Assembly: GCA_964187785.1 (NCBI GenBank)
Contig: OZ076413.1
Span: 48,858,001 to 48,922,000, forward strand
Origin: Amphiscolops sp. MND2022
Taxonomy: Eukaryota
DNA length: 64,000 nucleotides
Direction of reading: 5' to 3'
Below are positions 38,902 through 51,665 of this stretch, piece after piece. Below the pieces are notes generated by a model that saw only the letters and a program-made list of their open reading frames with translations, was not told the DNA's origin and ran no database searches. Within the stretch, counting starts at the first letter, position 1, and every line of letters starts with the position of its first letter. The translations under genes were made by a program, and so were the position numbers.

Positions 38902-40649
38902 GTTTTTATAGTTTTGTTACTTGATATAAAAGTTTTACATGTTTTTTCATCATATTTCAATCTTAGACCAAATTCTTTGACATGCATTGATACATCCATT
39001 TTTGTGTTAGGTGAGTTTTCAATGTCACTAGTTTTTCCCCTATTAATGTGCAGCCCTCGTTAAGAGTCAGGGTTTTATTTTCACGTAACGGAGGGGGTGC
39101 AACTCAAATTAGGCGAACCCTAAAAGGAGTGGTTTGAAAATTTTCTCGTAAATTTGAATTCCAGATGTACTTTCACTAACAGTTTGACACTTTTCTTTCG
39201 ATAACTTTGTTTACTGTTTGTACTTCAAATTACTTTGAAATCTTCATGAAAACTATCAGGTTTCTCGACGAACTCGGAATCGATTCGATTCTGCACCTTA
39301 TTTTTTTCCTATTGGAATTCAGAGAATCAGTAGGTGGGGATTGCCACTTTCTTGGCTCAAACAATACGAAGAGAATGAATTTCACTGTATAACCAATTGT
39401 TCAACAAATGGGTTAAGCATTTGCCTAAAAATTCCAATGGCAAGACCTTTCTAAAAAGCTGTGAACGGCCAAAGTCGGCGCCCCGATTTCCAATGTTAAA
39501 TGGTTGAAAAACTTTTCAAAAATTTAACTTTGCGGGGTGATAATTGATGACTTCGATGGAAGCTGCAGAGTATAAATGAGAACTTTCCATCATGCATCAG
39601 CTACTTCCGGTTGTAACTGTCATTTACCGAGCAATGCTGTGTAAAGCGTTAAAAGGTATTTCCAATCCTCTGCGTGGTACTTTTCGCGGGTTAAACTGAA
39701 CTGGAACAGACAAGGTTTTCATCTACACTTTATATCAACTAAATTTGGTAGGGAACCAAAAGTTTACGCACATCTTGTATCATCCAGGTGCTTTTGCAAC
39801 GATACCCTATTTTTAGAAATTCGAAATTCAATTGGCTGTTTCTTGCAATTTTCCATTCCATAGTTTGGCCTAGGTTTTGTCAACATTTATTAGTCGGTGC
39901 TTTTCTTTAGAAAAGAGTCTAATATAGTCATGGCTTTTCGTCTGTTTTTTTTTCGACACACCTGAACCAAAATATTTCTTCAAAAGTTCTTCTGAAGTCT
40001 CTTCTGGCCATCTACACACTACATTTGAACTGTAAAATGTGCTAAGGAGTCTTTTCGCAACTTTTCGAAAAAAAATTTCCCACAATTTTTGTTTTTTTTT
40101 TGTAAAGGAAAACCATTTTCCGAGTTGTAAGGGTGGCCTCACCGATTATTTTCCGGTCCTGTTGAACTGATGAGAACGAGAGCTCGTAAGTTGATAAGTT
40201 GATTCTGACGACGTTGTCTGACCGAGCAAAAGAAATTTGAGAAACTCGGATACCAACTTATGAAATTTTTCTGGTAAAGTCAAGAAATAAACCAAAACAT
40301 GGGTGCCTCATTGTGGTGTCCATATTTGGCAGGAGAATATCCTGTGTAACTGCTGACGGTTGAAATACTCGACCCCGGGTTGTAATTAAGCCCGCTAATA
40401 TTAAAATTTGAAAAAAATGCCATGAGGTGGATTCAGTCCTGCTGTCTTATCTTACCAGGCAGCGACTTTATTACTGCACAACAGACACAAAATGTTAAAA
40501 TGACATTTTTAAACTTTTCATTTTTAAAATCTGAAATTATTAAAGAGACAACGATTTCGTGATCGAACTGATGAGTGGCTCTGTTCCAGAATGTTCATTA
40601 TTTGATAAAATTGAGTTTTTTCCCATTTTTTTTCACATAGACCCATTTT

Positions 40650-41230
40650 TAATCGGCGTTTTCGAAAAAAAATGCACGACTCTTACAGTGGCTAGTTTTT
40701 TTTTCGTCAGTTCAACGCGATCGGTCCACTTTTTTGTTCAACTTCTTGGCCGACTAATTTTCTGGGGTCTGAAGCAGGAAAGCGTGTGTTCGAGTCTCGC
40801 ACTAAACCACAAAATTTTCTTCTGCTTCCAAAAGTAGAGTGGAGACCAAAGGGTCCCCTTTGGATTTTCGGCACTAAGCGACTTTTTTCGGAAAGTTTTT
40901 AATTCTATCAAAGGGCACTCCCTTGAATTTTTTTGAAACTTTCGGTTTGTAAAAAACGTTTTATGAGCCTAAAGGGTCTCTCTTTGGGTTGTTCGGCAAC
41001 ATGTGACTTTTCTATCAAATACTTTTTTGATTCCAAAGTTTTTCCAAAGGCAAATGTTTTTTTTCGGATGTTTCCAGTTCAGGAAAAAAGCTGTTATCGA
41101 GTTTCGGGGAAGAAAACCCTTTCGGGTATTTTTCGGCACTGTGTGATAATTGGAAAATTTCACAATATTTGTTCCTTGAATATTTTTGAGCCTTAGATAT
41201 GACGCCGACTTGGGCCGTTCCCCGCTTGTT
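40650..41230 (+). mobile_element. Family A Helentron-like element with B-box remnant
   Basis: aatcggcg start, acgccgacttgggccgttcccgcttgtt end; collinear with 44667-45194. Confidence 0.65.
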
Positions 41231-43569
41231 AAGACCCCTTGCGTATTGTCCCAAAATCTTTAACCAGACCCGCTGCAATGAGTACCCCTCGGCAAATAAA
41301 GACACTAGAGTACTATTGTTTGGCAGCAATGCAACGAGTTAGGTTTTCCATTGATCAAAAATTTGCCCCATGGGGAGCATCTCCAATGGTGAAATATATT
41401 TTTAGAAAAATCAATAACCATCAGTTCAAGAGCTTATTCAAAGTGAAAATGGCGTCTCGTGTTCTCCGCTTTGGTTTTCAACTTTTGTGTAAACTTTTGT
41501 TAGCCTACTGTATATGGATTAAATTTTCAATCGGTTACCGAGAATGATCTTTCAGAAGACTCCAATGCAAGCGATGTATTATGCCAATGTAACTTTTTTC
41601 ATGGCAACTTACTGGATTTTCAATTTTTACCTGTTTGATAGCTTTTTGAAAATCTGAAAGTCTAGGCTCATAAAGTTTTGAATTTGTAAAGCTACGCTAT
41701 AACAACTTGTGACTGTTCAATCTTTACATCGTCATTTAGCTTTCTAGCTTTTACATTTTTACAGGACTATTTTTTAAATAATCTCTTCCCTCGTTTCTAT
41801 CATGTTCCTTTTTAAACTAAATTAAATCTGTATATGACGTAGAAACAAACTGAGTTGTTCTCATGGGTGCCATAAAAATTCAGGAGATCTATGATTCGTT
41901 CAGTTTGACGTTTTTGTTCGGATTCATTGAAGCATCAACTCCAAGAATGGCCGAAACAAAGACTAACTTGTTTGATAGCTCTTCCTTTTTCAGCATTCAT
42001 TTTAAACCGGGGATCGTTCAATGTTCGAGCTGTTTGATTTTGGGTTGTTGTAAATTACATGCGTGATGTAAAACATGCTGACGTTATCTCTAACCAGAGT
42101 TCAACAAAGGATATTAATTTTAATGTCAGTTGAATTAGTGCTTCATATTATTGCGTCATCCATTTTGAGAGATCAAAGTGTAGCTGTTGTTTTGAACCAA
42201 CTGGAAACTGTTCAAGCTGGAATATTATTAGAACACTGAAACAGCCTCTTTCACACAAGAAAAGCTTGAAACAATTCCCAACTATCAACTTTTCTAATCC
42301 ACCCTCTCTTAGTATTAAATTATTGAGCCGAGTGAATCTTGAAATCACTAGGGTCAGCGAGCTAGAAGAGATTTGGGTCTGAACATGATTTTTCCTATTT
42401 CTGAAACTTTACTAGGTTTCAACTTCAAGCCCACTAATTTTCAATTACCCACAATCTACCACCATCGAATCTTGTCTGAAGTTTGGCTTGAATACTTTCG
42501 GAACTGGTCGGTAAATCAGTTTAATTGAACTTGCTGGGATTCAAGTTCTAGATTCAATCTTTACTTGGAATTAAAACAAGTCAGGAACGGCACATGTCTG
42601 GGCCCCCTCTTGAGGCGCAAAAACCGCTCTAAAATATGCCCAGGGGAGACTTCTATGAATTTTGTAAAGTCTCACAGTGACAAATATTATCTAATGGGAG
42701 ACCCATTTGTCTCATTAACAGCTTGTTACAAACTAAAAACCAAAAAAAACGAAAGGGGACCATTTGGTGAAATGAATATTTCGAAAGTGCCGTTGGAAAG
42801 CCGAAGGGGAACTTTTTGGTCTTCTAGTTTTGTAGTTCACGTAAAAGTGTGAATTTTTCAAAGGCTGAACTTTTGGCCCTTTTTATTGCTCTTTAGATCT
42901 TCGGAACTATTTTGGTCAATGCGGCTGGATTAAAAACAAGGTGCCCGTTGTAACCGAGATACTTTCCTCGAGTCATCTTAACGACGACATATTCTTGAAG
43001 CTCCAGCGTAGCCAATGAACTACGAAACTTGCAACATTTCAAACGATTCGGTTCATTTAGTTTTTTTGGAAAAGAAACGTTCAAATTCCTCTATACAAAA
43101 AGTGCTTAGTTACGAAACGTTTTGTTGCTCAACTGTGTGGATTTTGATACCCACTAAAGCACTGAAAAACCCAAAAGTTGAATAAACGAAGAGGTGCAAG
43201 TATCTCCACAAATACATATGCTAAAAATTAATTTATGACTAGAATTCTGGGGATGATATTCATCAATTGTGTGGAAGATTGGAACACATCAAAATTAAGG
43301 GGAAATGTGGCTGAATTAGCAACTTTCCTTTCCATTTACGAAGCATGGCGACGGCAAATGAAACCAACGAAAAGACACAGCAGTCGAATCCTAATTCGTG
43401 TCGCTAGAGTTCGAATATAATAGTACGAAAAATGAGAATAACAATATAACCGGATGACCCGGATGACATTACTTTGGTTGTCGCAAAATGGGGGTCTCAA
43501 CTACATACGAATTAAACAAGATCCGGATATTACTTAACCGGAGTTGACTGTATAATGGTCAGTGTATAT

Positions 43570-44660
43570 CGTGAATGGCGTCCGATAAAACGCTAAATTT
43601 CACATATTTTCCTTGGCTTGACGATGAAACATTAGGATTGTTTACTGGGTACTGGTCGGGCTTTTCGGCCTTCAAGAGGCATGCCCAGGAATACCATGGA
43701 CTCTATTTTTGTGTCTTGACGTATTCGTGGCTAGCAGCCGGGACCCACATACTTCGCATTCCTTGCGTTCCCATACGTGTCGGTTCTGACGTTGGTTTCA
43801 TTCTGGGGGGTAGGTAGACTCTGCGGGTGGGGGGAGTTTTGCCTTATCTACACATTCCTACGTGTCTCGCTAGGTTTCGCTTTGATTGTTCTTTATTGCA
43901 ATGTGGGCATATGCCGGGTGCTGCTCCTTGACATATTTTCTGATGGTTCGCTAGTGACGCTTTTGTTGAGAAATTCGTCCCACAGTCGTTGCACTTATTC
44001 TCCATTAATTTATTTTTCTTGTGCATTTTCGTGATATGGTTCTTCAGACCCCCGACTGTGGCGCATTTCTTCCCACATTCTTCACACGTTGTATTTATGC
44101 GTTTTTTCCGTTGTGTTCTTGTCATTTCTTTTCCGTCCGTTTTCGCTTCTTCCCATCGTTCCAGATGGTGTTCTCGTTTTCTCAGGGCTTTTGCAAAGTT
44201 CTCGTGGACTTTCATTTCGACGATGTCGGTTGGTGCCTGCGTTCCTCAAGATTTTTCTCCAGTAGCTGATTGTCATCTGGGTTTGTCTTTTTCTCCATTT
44301 CTTGATCTCACTTGCTGGCCACCTTAGCGTCACTTGCTTTGTTAATCTGCGGTTGTTCATTCTCAGGACATGTCATATTCTTGTAAGGCTTCTCATATCA
44401 ATATTCTTAGCAAGGCTTCGACTTTCAATTTCTTTCTCACCGCGTACATGTGCATTTCATTGAGCGGTAGTTTGGTTTTGCTGCTCCATTTGTGTCGGTA
44501 AAACTTATCTACCAAGGATTGCATCTTCTTTATTTCGCTATCCCTCCAAGGTCCTATACCGCAGTCGAAAAGTCCAGTTGCTTCAACGGTTGCCTCTACC
44601 ACCTTTGCTTGGACTGTTTTGGGGATTTTGGATCTTTTTAGCCACCTTCTCACGCTGAAT
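43570..44660 (-). mobile_element. 3' portion of a degenerate non-LTR retrotransposon (RTE-like) with C-terminal zinc fingers
   Basis: RRWLKRSKIPKTVQAKVVEATVEATGLFDC...W..SEIKKMQ is typical post-RT thumb sequence. It is followed by CEEC..H..MH, CNDC..H...C and CPHC..H...C; frameshifted. Confidence 0.7.
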
Positions 44661-44666
44661 GTTTTT

Positions 44667-45194
44667 TAGTCGGCGCCTTTTCCCTTAAGGAAAAAAGCCC
44701 GACTCTTACAGTGAGTAGTTTTTTTTTTTTCAGTTGACAATCTCACTCTGAGTGGTCCACTTTTCTTACAATTTTTGTTCATCTTTCATATTTGTTCATC
44801 TTCTATCTTCGACCCAGCCGGAGAGCGTGGGTTCGAATCCCGCACTAAACCATAAATTTTTTAATGCTTCCAAAAGTACAGGTGAGACCAAAGGGTCCCC
44901 CCTTTGGGTTTTTTTTCGGCACTATGCGACTTTTTTTCGAAAACTTTCGAAATTTATCAAAGGGTACCCCCTTGAATTTTTTTGAAGTTTTCGGTTTCTA
45001 GAAAACGTTGAATGAGCCTGAATGGCCTCTTTTTGAGTTTTTCGGCATTGTGCGACCTAAAAAATACTTTTTTCGAAAAAAAAATCAAAATTTTTTTTTG
45101 AAAAAAAAATTTTTTCCAAATTTTTCCAATAGTTGTTCCTTGAATATTTTTGAGCCTAAGATATGGCGCCGACTTGGGACGTTCCCGTCTTGTT
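44667..45194 (+). mobile_element. Family A Helentron-like element with B box gggttcgaatccc
   Basis: tagtcggcgc ... gcgccgacttgggacgttcccgtcttgtt. Confidence 0.7.
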
Positions 45195-45200
45195 TTAAAT

Positions 45201-45723
45201 TATTTCTGCGATAGCAGGAATATTATTGAAATCTCAAAATGTTTACTTTTTTGTTCAGTACATTTCTTCGCATGATACTGAATAATTCAGATATTTTGTT
45301 CGGCAGTGACTATAAGCGCAAGAATTAAATTTCTCAAGCTGCCGACGGCAATTCAATTCTCGTGCGATGGAACGAGCGAGTGGTAATTATGCATTCGTAC
45401 GCTGACGTCATTGAGATGAAGCGAGCGAATGTTCGTAAATGTGCTTTCGTTGCCCCGAGTTATTGAGATGAAGCACATGAGTGTTAATTATTCGTTCACG
45501 GAGAGCTTCGTCTGCATTCAAATGCGAATGCGAAACTTTGTCTACACTTATTAGTTATAATTTCTTTAGTCCGAGAATAATTAAAGGCGGTGTAAACTGG
45601 TACAGTGATTGATTGTGCGCTAAATAATGATTAAACAGGAGTGTATTGGTATTCCAGATATGATTCTATTATTAATGAAAGATTAAAGCAGAAATAGTAA
45701 TGAGACCCGGAGGGGCCTATTTT
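45201..45723 (+). mobile_element. Family D Helentron-like element
   Basis: tatttctgc ... gcagaaata subTIR pair, gacccggaggggcctatttt end, ~50-bp internal repeats. Confidence 0.7.
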
Positions 45724-46100
45724 CATTATTTCCAATCTCTTCGTGATGTGCATAGTTCGGTCACTGCAGATCCTAGTGCCCGTATTTCGTCCTGTTGCCC
45801 GAGAATCTTTTGTTCTTCATTATCTTCATGGCACGTTTCTTCGAATTTTTCGAGGGCTGTTGTCGTCATTTCTTTCCCTCCTTCGTCTCTGTCTCCTCCG
45901 TCCAGTTCTTTGTCGTGTCCGCCAATTGTGTTTCGTTGTGTGTATGGAAGTTTTCCGCTGCTTTTTCCCAGCCACTTGCTTCGGTTTCTTTCGTCTTTTC
46001 CACGAATTTTGGTCTCACTTCCGGGATTCTCAGTGCTTCGGTCCTTATCCGTGCCATTTGTCTCTCTTCATTTTTGTGCGTTGGGGTGAAGCATTGAGAT
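45724..46100 (-). mobile_element. Probable upstream fragment of the same LINE (endonuclease-RT linker-like)
   Basis: Same strand and composition as 43570-44660; peptide ARIRTEALRIPEVRPKFVEKTKE...W. Assignment is inference. Confidence 0.35.
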
Positions 46101-46211
46101 TGTTTACAGAAATTGAAACGGGGCTCTTCGTCATATTCTTTATAAAAACTCTACGAAAGTTCTTGCCACGTACATTAGTGTGAATTAAGTTCCACCATAC
46201 TCCAATTTGTG

Positions 46212-46872
46212 CCAAAAGGTCCCTTCTTTCAGATTTTCCGGCACTAGGAGACTTAAAAATTCTCATTTTTTTGTTTTTCGAAAATTTTTCAAAGACTCCA
46301 AAGGTTCCCCTTCAATTTTTTTTGAAATTTTGCAACAGTATGCTTGTTAATAAATCTCGAAGGGCCCCCTTTTACAGTTTTCGGCATTGTGAGAAATTTC
46401 AAATTGAATAATTTTTGTCTTAAAATTAGGTTTTCTGAGGCCCAGCACGCTATATCCGAATTTTGTTTTTTTTTTAAAAGACCGGCGTTTTTTCTATGCT
46501 ACTTTTTCTAATTTGTTTTCATCGAAGCCCCCCCTTCTGCTCAAGGACTGCTCAAGGTTTTCGGCACTATGCGACTTACCGGAGACCTTCAAAAAATTTT
46601 CGAAAAATTTGGAATTTTTTTCCTTATTTTTCTGTTTTTTTTTTAATGTTTCCGGTTGAGAGATGGGTTTTTTTGCTGTGTCCAGTTGGGGAAGAATGGT
46701 TTTCGAGATTTATGCGTATCCCTTCGGGTATTTTTTGGCGCTGTAAAATCGATGAAATTTTAACAATGTCATTTTACACTTGGTTCTCCGTATGATTTTG
46801 CTTATTTGGTTTTCTTCAAAAGTTCGCAACCTTCTGCGCAAGTGTTTGCGAAGCACGGCTTCGCCTCTGTGT
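46212..46872 (+). mobile_element. 5'-truncated family B element
   Basis: Collinear with 9270-9779; ends gcaagtgtttgcgaagcacggcttcgcctctgtgt. Confidence 0.65.
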
Positions 46873-47021
46873 AATGTAAGGTGATTTTTCGACTGAGATG
46901 TTGATGACATCAAGTTGGCAGTCACCAGGAAGTTTAATTAAGTTGACAATCACAACAGGGTGATTGGAATAGTGGCAAGTATTTGGATGTAAATATTGAA
47001 ACAGGTTTTGAAACTAATATA

Positions 47022-47205
47022 CAGTCGAACTCGGATAAAAGAAACACGGATAAATGAAACATTCGGGTATAAGAAACGTTTTCACTCCTCCGATTATATG
47101 CAAGTCAAACTTTCTACGTTAATAGGACAACTGATAAAAGAAACTATGGATAAAAGAAACCCTTTTCTCACCGCCCAATGAGTTTCTTCTATCCGAGTTT
47201 GACTG
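47022..47205. mobile_element. Tc1/mariner-pogo-type MITE
   Basis: TA-cagtcgaactcggataaaagaaac ... gtttcttctatccgagtttgactg-TA. Confidence 0.75.
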
Positions 47206-49891
47206 TATATCAAAATTGTTAGCACAAACTAGAACGGGATCCTATGTGAATTATGCAACTCGCTAATTTCCGTATTTTTGGTCCCTTCAGTTTCCAGTAA
47301 AGATTCGGATGTACGAATTGTGAAATTCTATATTTTTGGACGAATCTTTTTCAAACACCTTAAATGTAACTTTAAAACTGTTAGAAACTCTCAATTCGAA
47401 TTGAATTTGTTCGAAATGTTATTTTTCATTCATTTTCGTTTTCTGTGGCTTTAAAAGGGTTTTACATTTACTGAAAAATGATCAATCATGATGAATCACG
47501 AATGTTTTTTTTCTTTGTCAAGAGAAGCTAAATTCCAATTTTTCCCATGCAATTTTTCAAGTCAAAGAACGTCGTGTGGTTGATTTGCATTTTGCTTTGA
47601 GATGCTTTTGAACGAGAGGTATTCCTTGTAAAATATGTTTTGTGAAATGGATTAGCTCTTATTTCAAAAGAATTTCTCCCGGTGTGCGCTCCAGCGAAGA
47701 GCGACCATATTGACGAGTTCTAGAACTTGGTGAAAGCGAAGTCAAATCGATATGTATTTACTGGGCGGAGTAATTAGACATGTGTGAACAAAACCAATTC
47801 GCTTTGAATTCTATCTCATTCCCGCCGTGGTCTTATTGCGTTGTCTCTGATTTCCTTTTTTCTTTCCACAACAGAACAATAATCTAATTAGGCTCACAAC
47901 TCCATGCTATATTAAGTATGCCATCTGATGATACAGTGTTGTAGTATACCATCCATTCACACCGTCATCATTCAGTATCGCCGGCCCAAGTGTAAACCTG
48001 TGATTCATATGTTCAGTGATTTTTTCCATGAATCGTTTGTTTGCTGTCAAATCAGGCGGTGTTGGCGGCTCTGCCCATTCATTGTGCGACCCGTTTTGTC
48101 CGTCTGTTAAAGATGTCATTTATTGTGTTGCGGCGTCTTTTCGGTCCTCCTAATTTGAGGTTGCGCTTTTTTCTTCCCTTTTCATTCACTTTTTAGTTCC
48201 TGATTTGTCGTGTTGAAGGTAAGCTCAGGATCAGGGGAGAAGCCTAGCCTTAATTCTTCCTGAGGGAATCAAATCCTACTCATCATTGTATCCTGGCTTT
48301 ATCCCATTTGTTTATCAACACTTTCACACGAATCAAATGAAAAGACATTTTCAATGGGAATATACGCGTATCCCCTTTTTTCTTTAATACGCCTCCGTAA
48401 GTAGCCCTGCGGGAAATTTCACGGTAAAAATCATGTGTTTATCAATGGGTGCTGTACGAAATGCACAAACCAACAATAGCTGTTGATTTAGTCTCTTCTG
48501 TTCCATTCACGGGCACAAAAATCCCACACAAACTGTTTCTGCTACACTGCTTTACAAACCCTACATAATTATTGCATCACATTTGCGCATTCCTCGAAAT
48601 GTGATGATGGAATGTTTTGACACTTTTCAATGCAAAATCCATACAGCCACCGCTTCCCCTTGCCATTCCCATAGCCGTACCTCTTTCTGCATTGTTGTAC
48701 TTATCATCTCCCGCTCTCCTCTCAGCCCTAGAATGGCTGTTTCCCCAGGAGATTATCACCAATTCCGTGCTTCTTTCTGTCTTGGGCTGATTAATTACCA
48801 CCCCCTCTTCTCCCTTGCTCTCTGTTCCAGCTAAAGTCTTGTCACCCCACCACTCGCATCCCTTCTCCTCACCCTTGTTGCATAAGCTCGAGCCGGGAGC
48901 CCGTTTTCACTATAATTTTATTCTACCTTTCTTGCCACCGCCTAATCGCCGCACTTTTATCACTCAAACTGACAGCGCGTTGAATCAATGGCGTAAGTTC
49001 TATCTAATACACGATCATCGCCACCGTTTTTTTCTCGAAATATAGATATACATTTTTGCGGTAGCAACACTTTTGCTGTTGTCCTGCTTCCACGTTTGTG
49101 AACATCGCGAAGCTTTGCCGATTTATTGCTGAAGCACTATTTTATAACAAAATTCTCGTTTAAAATAGCTCAATGCAGTGTGAATTGAATAAAAATACAA
49201 ACAGCAAATAGGCAGGCAAGTCGTTTTTTCTTTCTATCAGCTTTACGGTTGTAAAAAGACGATCATCGCCGCACAAATGCCTGCATTTTACTTTCACTTG
49301 CCGTTTTTTAGACTGAAAACAATTGATATTGTCGCCGCCATTATATTTAACTAGCTATGACTCATACTTACCATCAAAGAAGTCGCAGCTGACTGTTTGC
49401 TACGTCACAGTTTTTGCTTCTCCATCTTCTTAGATGGCTTCTTCTGCTCTCCTATCACTTATGAAGTGCCTATGATTTAGCTGTAACATGACGTCATAAT
49501 TTGTGTACCGTTAATTTTTTCTCTTAATCAGCTAACATCCAACTCTGTAATAGCTGCTACCTTGACTGAACAAAGTCCCACATTTTCCAAAGTCCTTAGC
49601 AAATTGATTTCCATTCAGTTATTATCAATTAAGCAGCTTCTGCTTTGCTGCTAATTTAAATTCCAATATTTTGCTTCACTTTTTGCATTCCATTATTTTT
49701 TGTTTTATTAATTCCTTCATTTTGTTTATCTTCCGCTACTTTCTGTATCACTGGGACGTCAATTAAAAAAATGTTGCTCATCAAATAACTTTTGTTGTTT
49801 TCATTGCGTTTTTTTTTCAAAAATCATGTATGCATTTGCCAAAGCACAGTGATGCTTTGTACGATTGCAATTCCAAAGCCTTGAATTTTAC

Positions 49892-50385
49892 CCCTAAATG
49901 GACCAAGCAATTTCCGAAGACATCCAAAAATCTGATGTTTAAACTTTAAACGCAATATCTTCTGCACTATTCAAAACAAACGATTTATAGCGCATTCGAA
50001 AGAAGACAATCAGGGCTTTCAATTTCTGAACTGCTGGGCTGGGCCGCACTGGCTCAGAACTTTGCGCCAAAACCTTGCACAACCCGCGTCTCTGACCTCA
50101 TTTCAGCATGTTTAGAAACACTTTGACCCAATCTTGATACCAGTGGGATAAAGTAGCCACAAACGGCAATTGGAAAAACAGAAAATCTACACTCGTTTTT
50201 TAAATTTATTGGTCCCGGTTTTTGATTTCAGAGACATGTCAATATTCCGTGAAATTGCGTGCAATGCTATGTAAAATCGCCTGAAACTCTTATTCAAGAG
50301 TTTTCTTTACCATACAGTCAGCTGGTTGGTTCAGAAGTTTGCAAAAACTAATTGGGACGTATACGTGCCAATGGTCCATTTAGGG
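49892..50385. mobile_element. piggyBac-like MITE
   Basis: TIR ccctaaatggacca / tggtccatttaggg followed by TTAA. Partial second copy at about 50530-50765. Confidence 0.65.
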
Positions 50386-51300
50386 TTAAAGACAAGGTGC
50401 CCGTTGTGCACCGAGATACTTTCCTCGAGCCATTTTACCGACGACATATTTTTGAAGCTCCAGCGTAGCCAATGAACTACGAAACTTGCAACATTTCAAA
50501 CGATTCAGTTCATTTATTTTTTTGGAATGCTGGCCACTTTGACCCAATGTTGATACCAGTGGGATAAAAGGGCCACAAACGAAAACTGGAAAAACGGAAA
50601 AACTGCACTCAATTTTTTGATTTTTTGCATTCAAGTCAATATTTCGCAGAAATGCGTGCAATGCTCTGTAACATTGTCTAAAAATCTTTTTCATACGTTC
50701 AGCTAGTGCTTTCAGAAGTTTTTAGAATATAACTGGTACGAAATTGTACCATGTTCCATTTAGGGTTAACCTTGATTGTCTAGAAATGATTGTTTAAAAT
50801 GCCGTTTCAACTGCTATTACAAAAATAACTTTCTATAAGCATGCTGATACAATTCGATATTGAAACATAGAGTGTTTAATGAATCTAAAAAACTTGTCGA
50901 AAACAACTGGTCGAAAATACTAGGCGGAGAAGTAGTCGAAAAGCAACTCGCTGAAAATTTTTTGGCGGAAAACTCATCGCAAGAACAGCAAATAATCGAC
51001 AAATATAGCGCTAACTTTGTGATCGTACTGTCATAAAATTCCAAATTATTACGAAGTATTACACTATACGTTCTAAAAATTGAAAATATCAAGCAATTAT
51101 ATAACTAAAAATGCTACATTGTGCGTAAAACAATTTTACGCATCAGTTAAGGAAAATTATTCCATAATCAACACTGGATAATCCCTGTGGGTAACCTGTA
51201 ATTATTTGACGAGTCTGCACTCAATTATTATTCGACCAGTTTCCTGCCATTTAATTTCGAGTTTTCCGCATACCGTTTTCAATTACTTTTAAAAATCTTT

Positions 51301-51665
51301 CAAAATTTATTGAACCTTGCAAACCTCAATCGTTCGAGCGTTGAAATGTCAAGTTTTGGACCGTGGATTGCATTGGATTTTGACGAGATTCAGATTTTGT
51401 CCAGTTATCAATCTTTTGAGCGAGACAGCAACATTGTCTCCTGTTGGAAAATAACTTTATATAAGCATGCTGATACAATTCGATATTTAAAAAATAGTTT
51501 TTAAATATTTTAAAATGTTTCAAAATTCATTGAACCTTGCAAACCTCAATCGTTCGAGCGTTTAAATGTCAAGTTTTTTGACTGTGGATCGCATTGGATT
51601 TTGACGAGATTCAGATTTTCAGTTATCAATCTTTTGAGCGAGACAGCAACGTTATCTCATGTTGG
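51301..51665. repeat. Local ~220-bp-period direct duplication
   Basis: caaaatt.attgaaccttgcaaacctcaatcgttcgagcg at 51301 and 51521; spacer segment also at about 50824. Confidence 0.75.

Noticed and set aside
45700..46183. Three overlapping plus-strand ORFs
   Set aside because: Antisense shadows of a purine-rich minus-strand LINE-like fragment.
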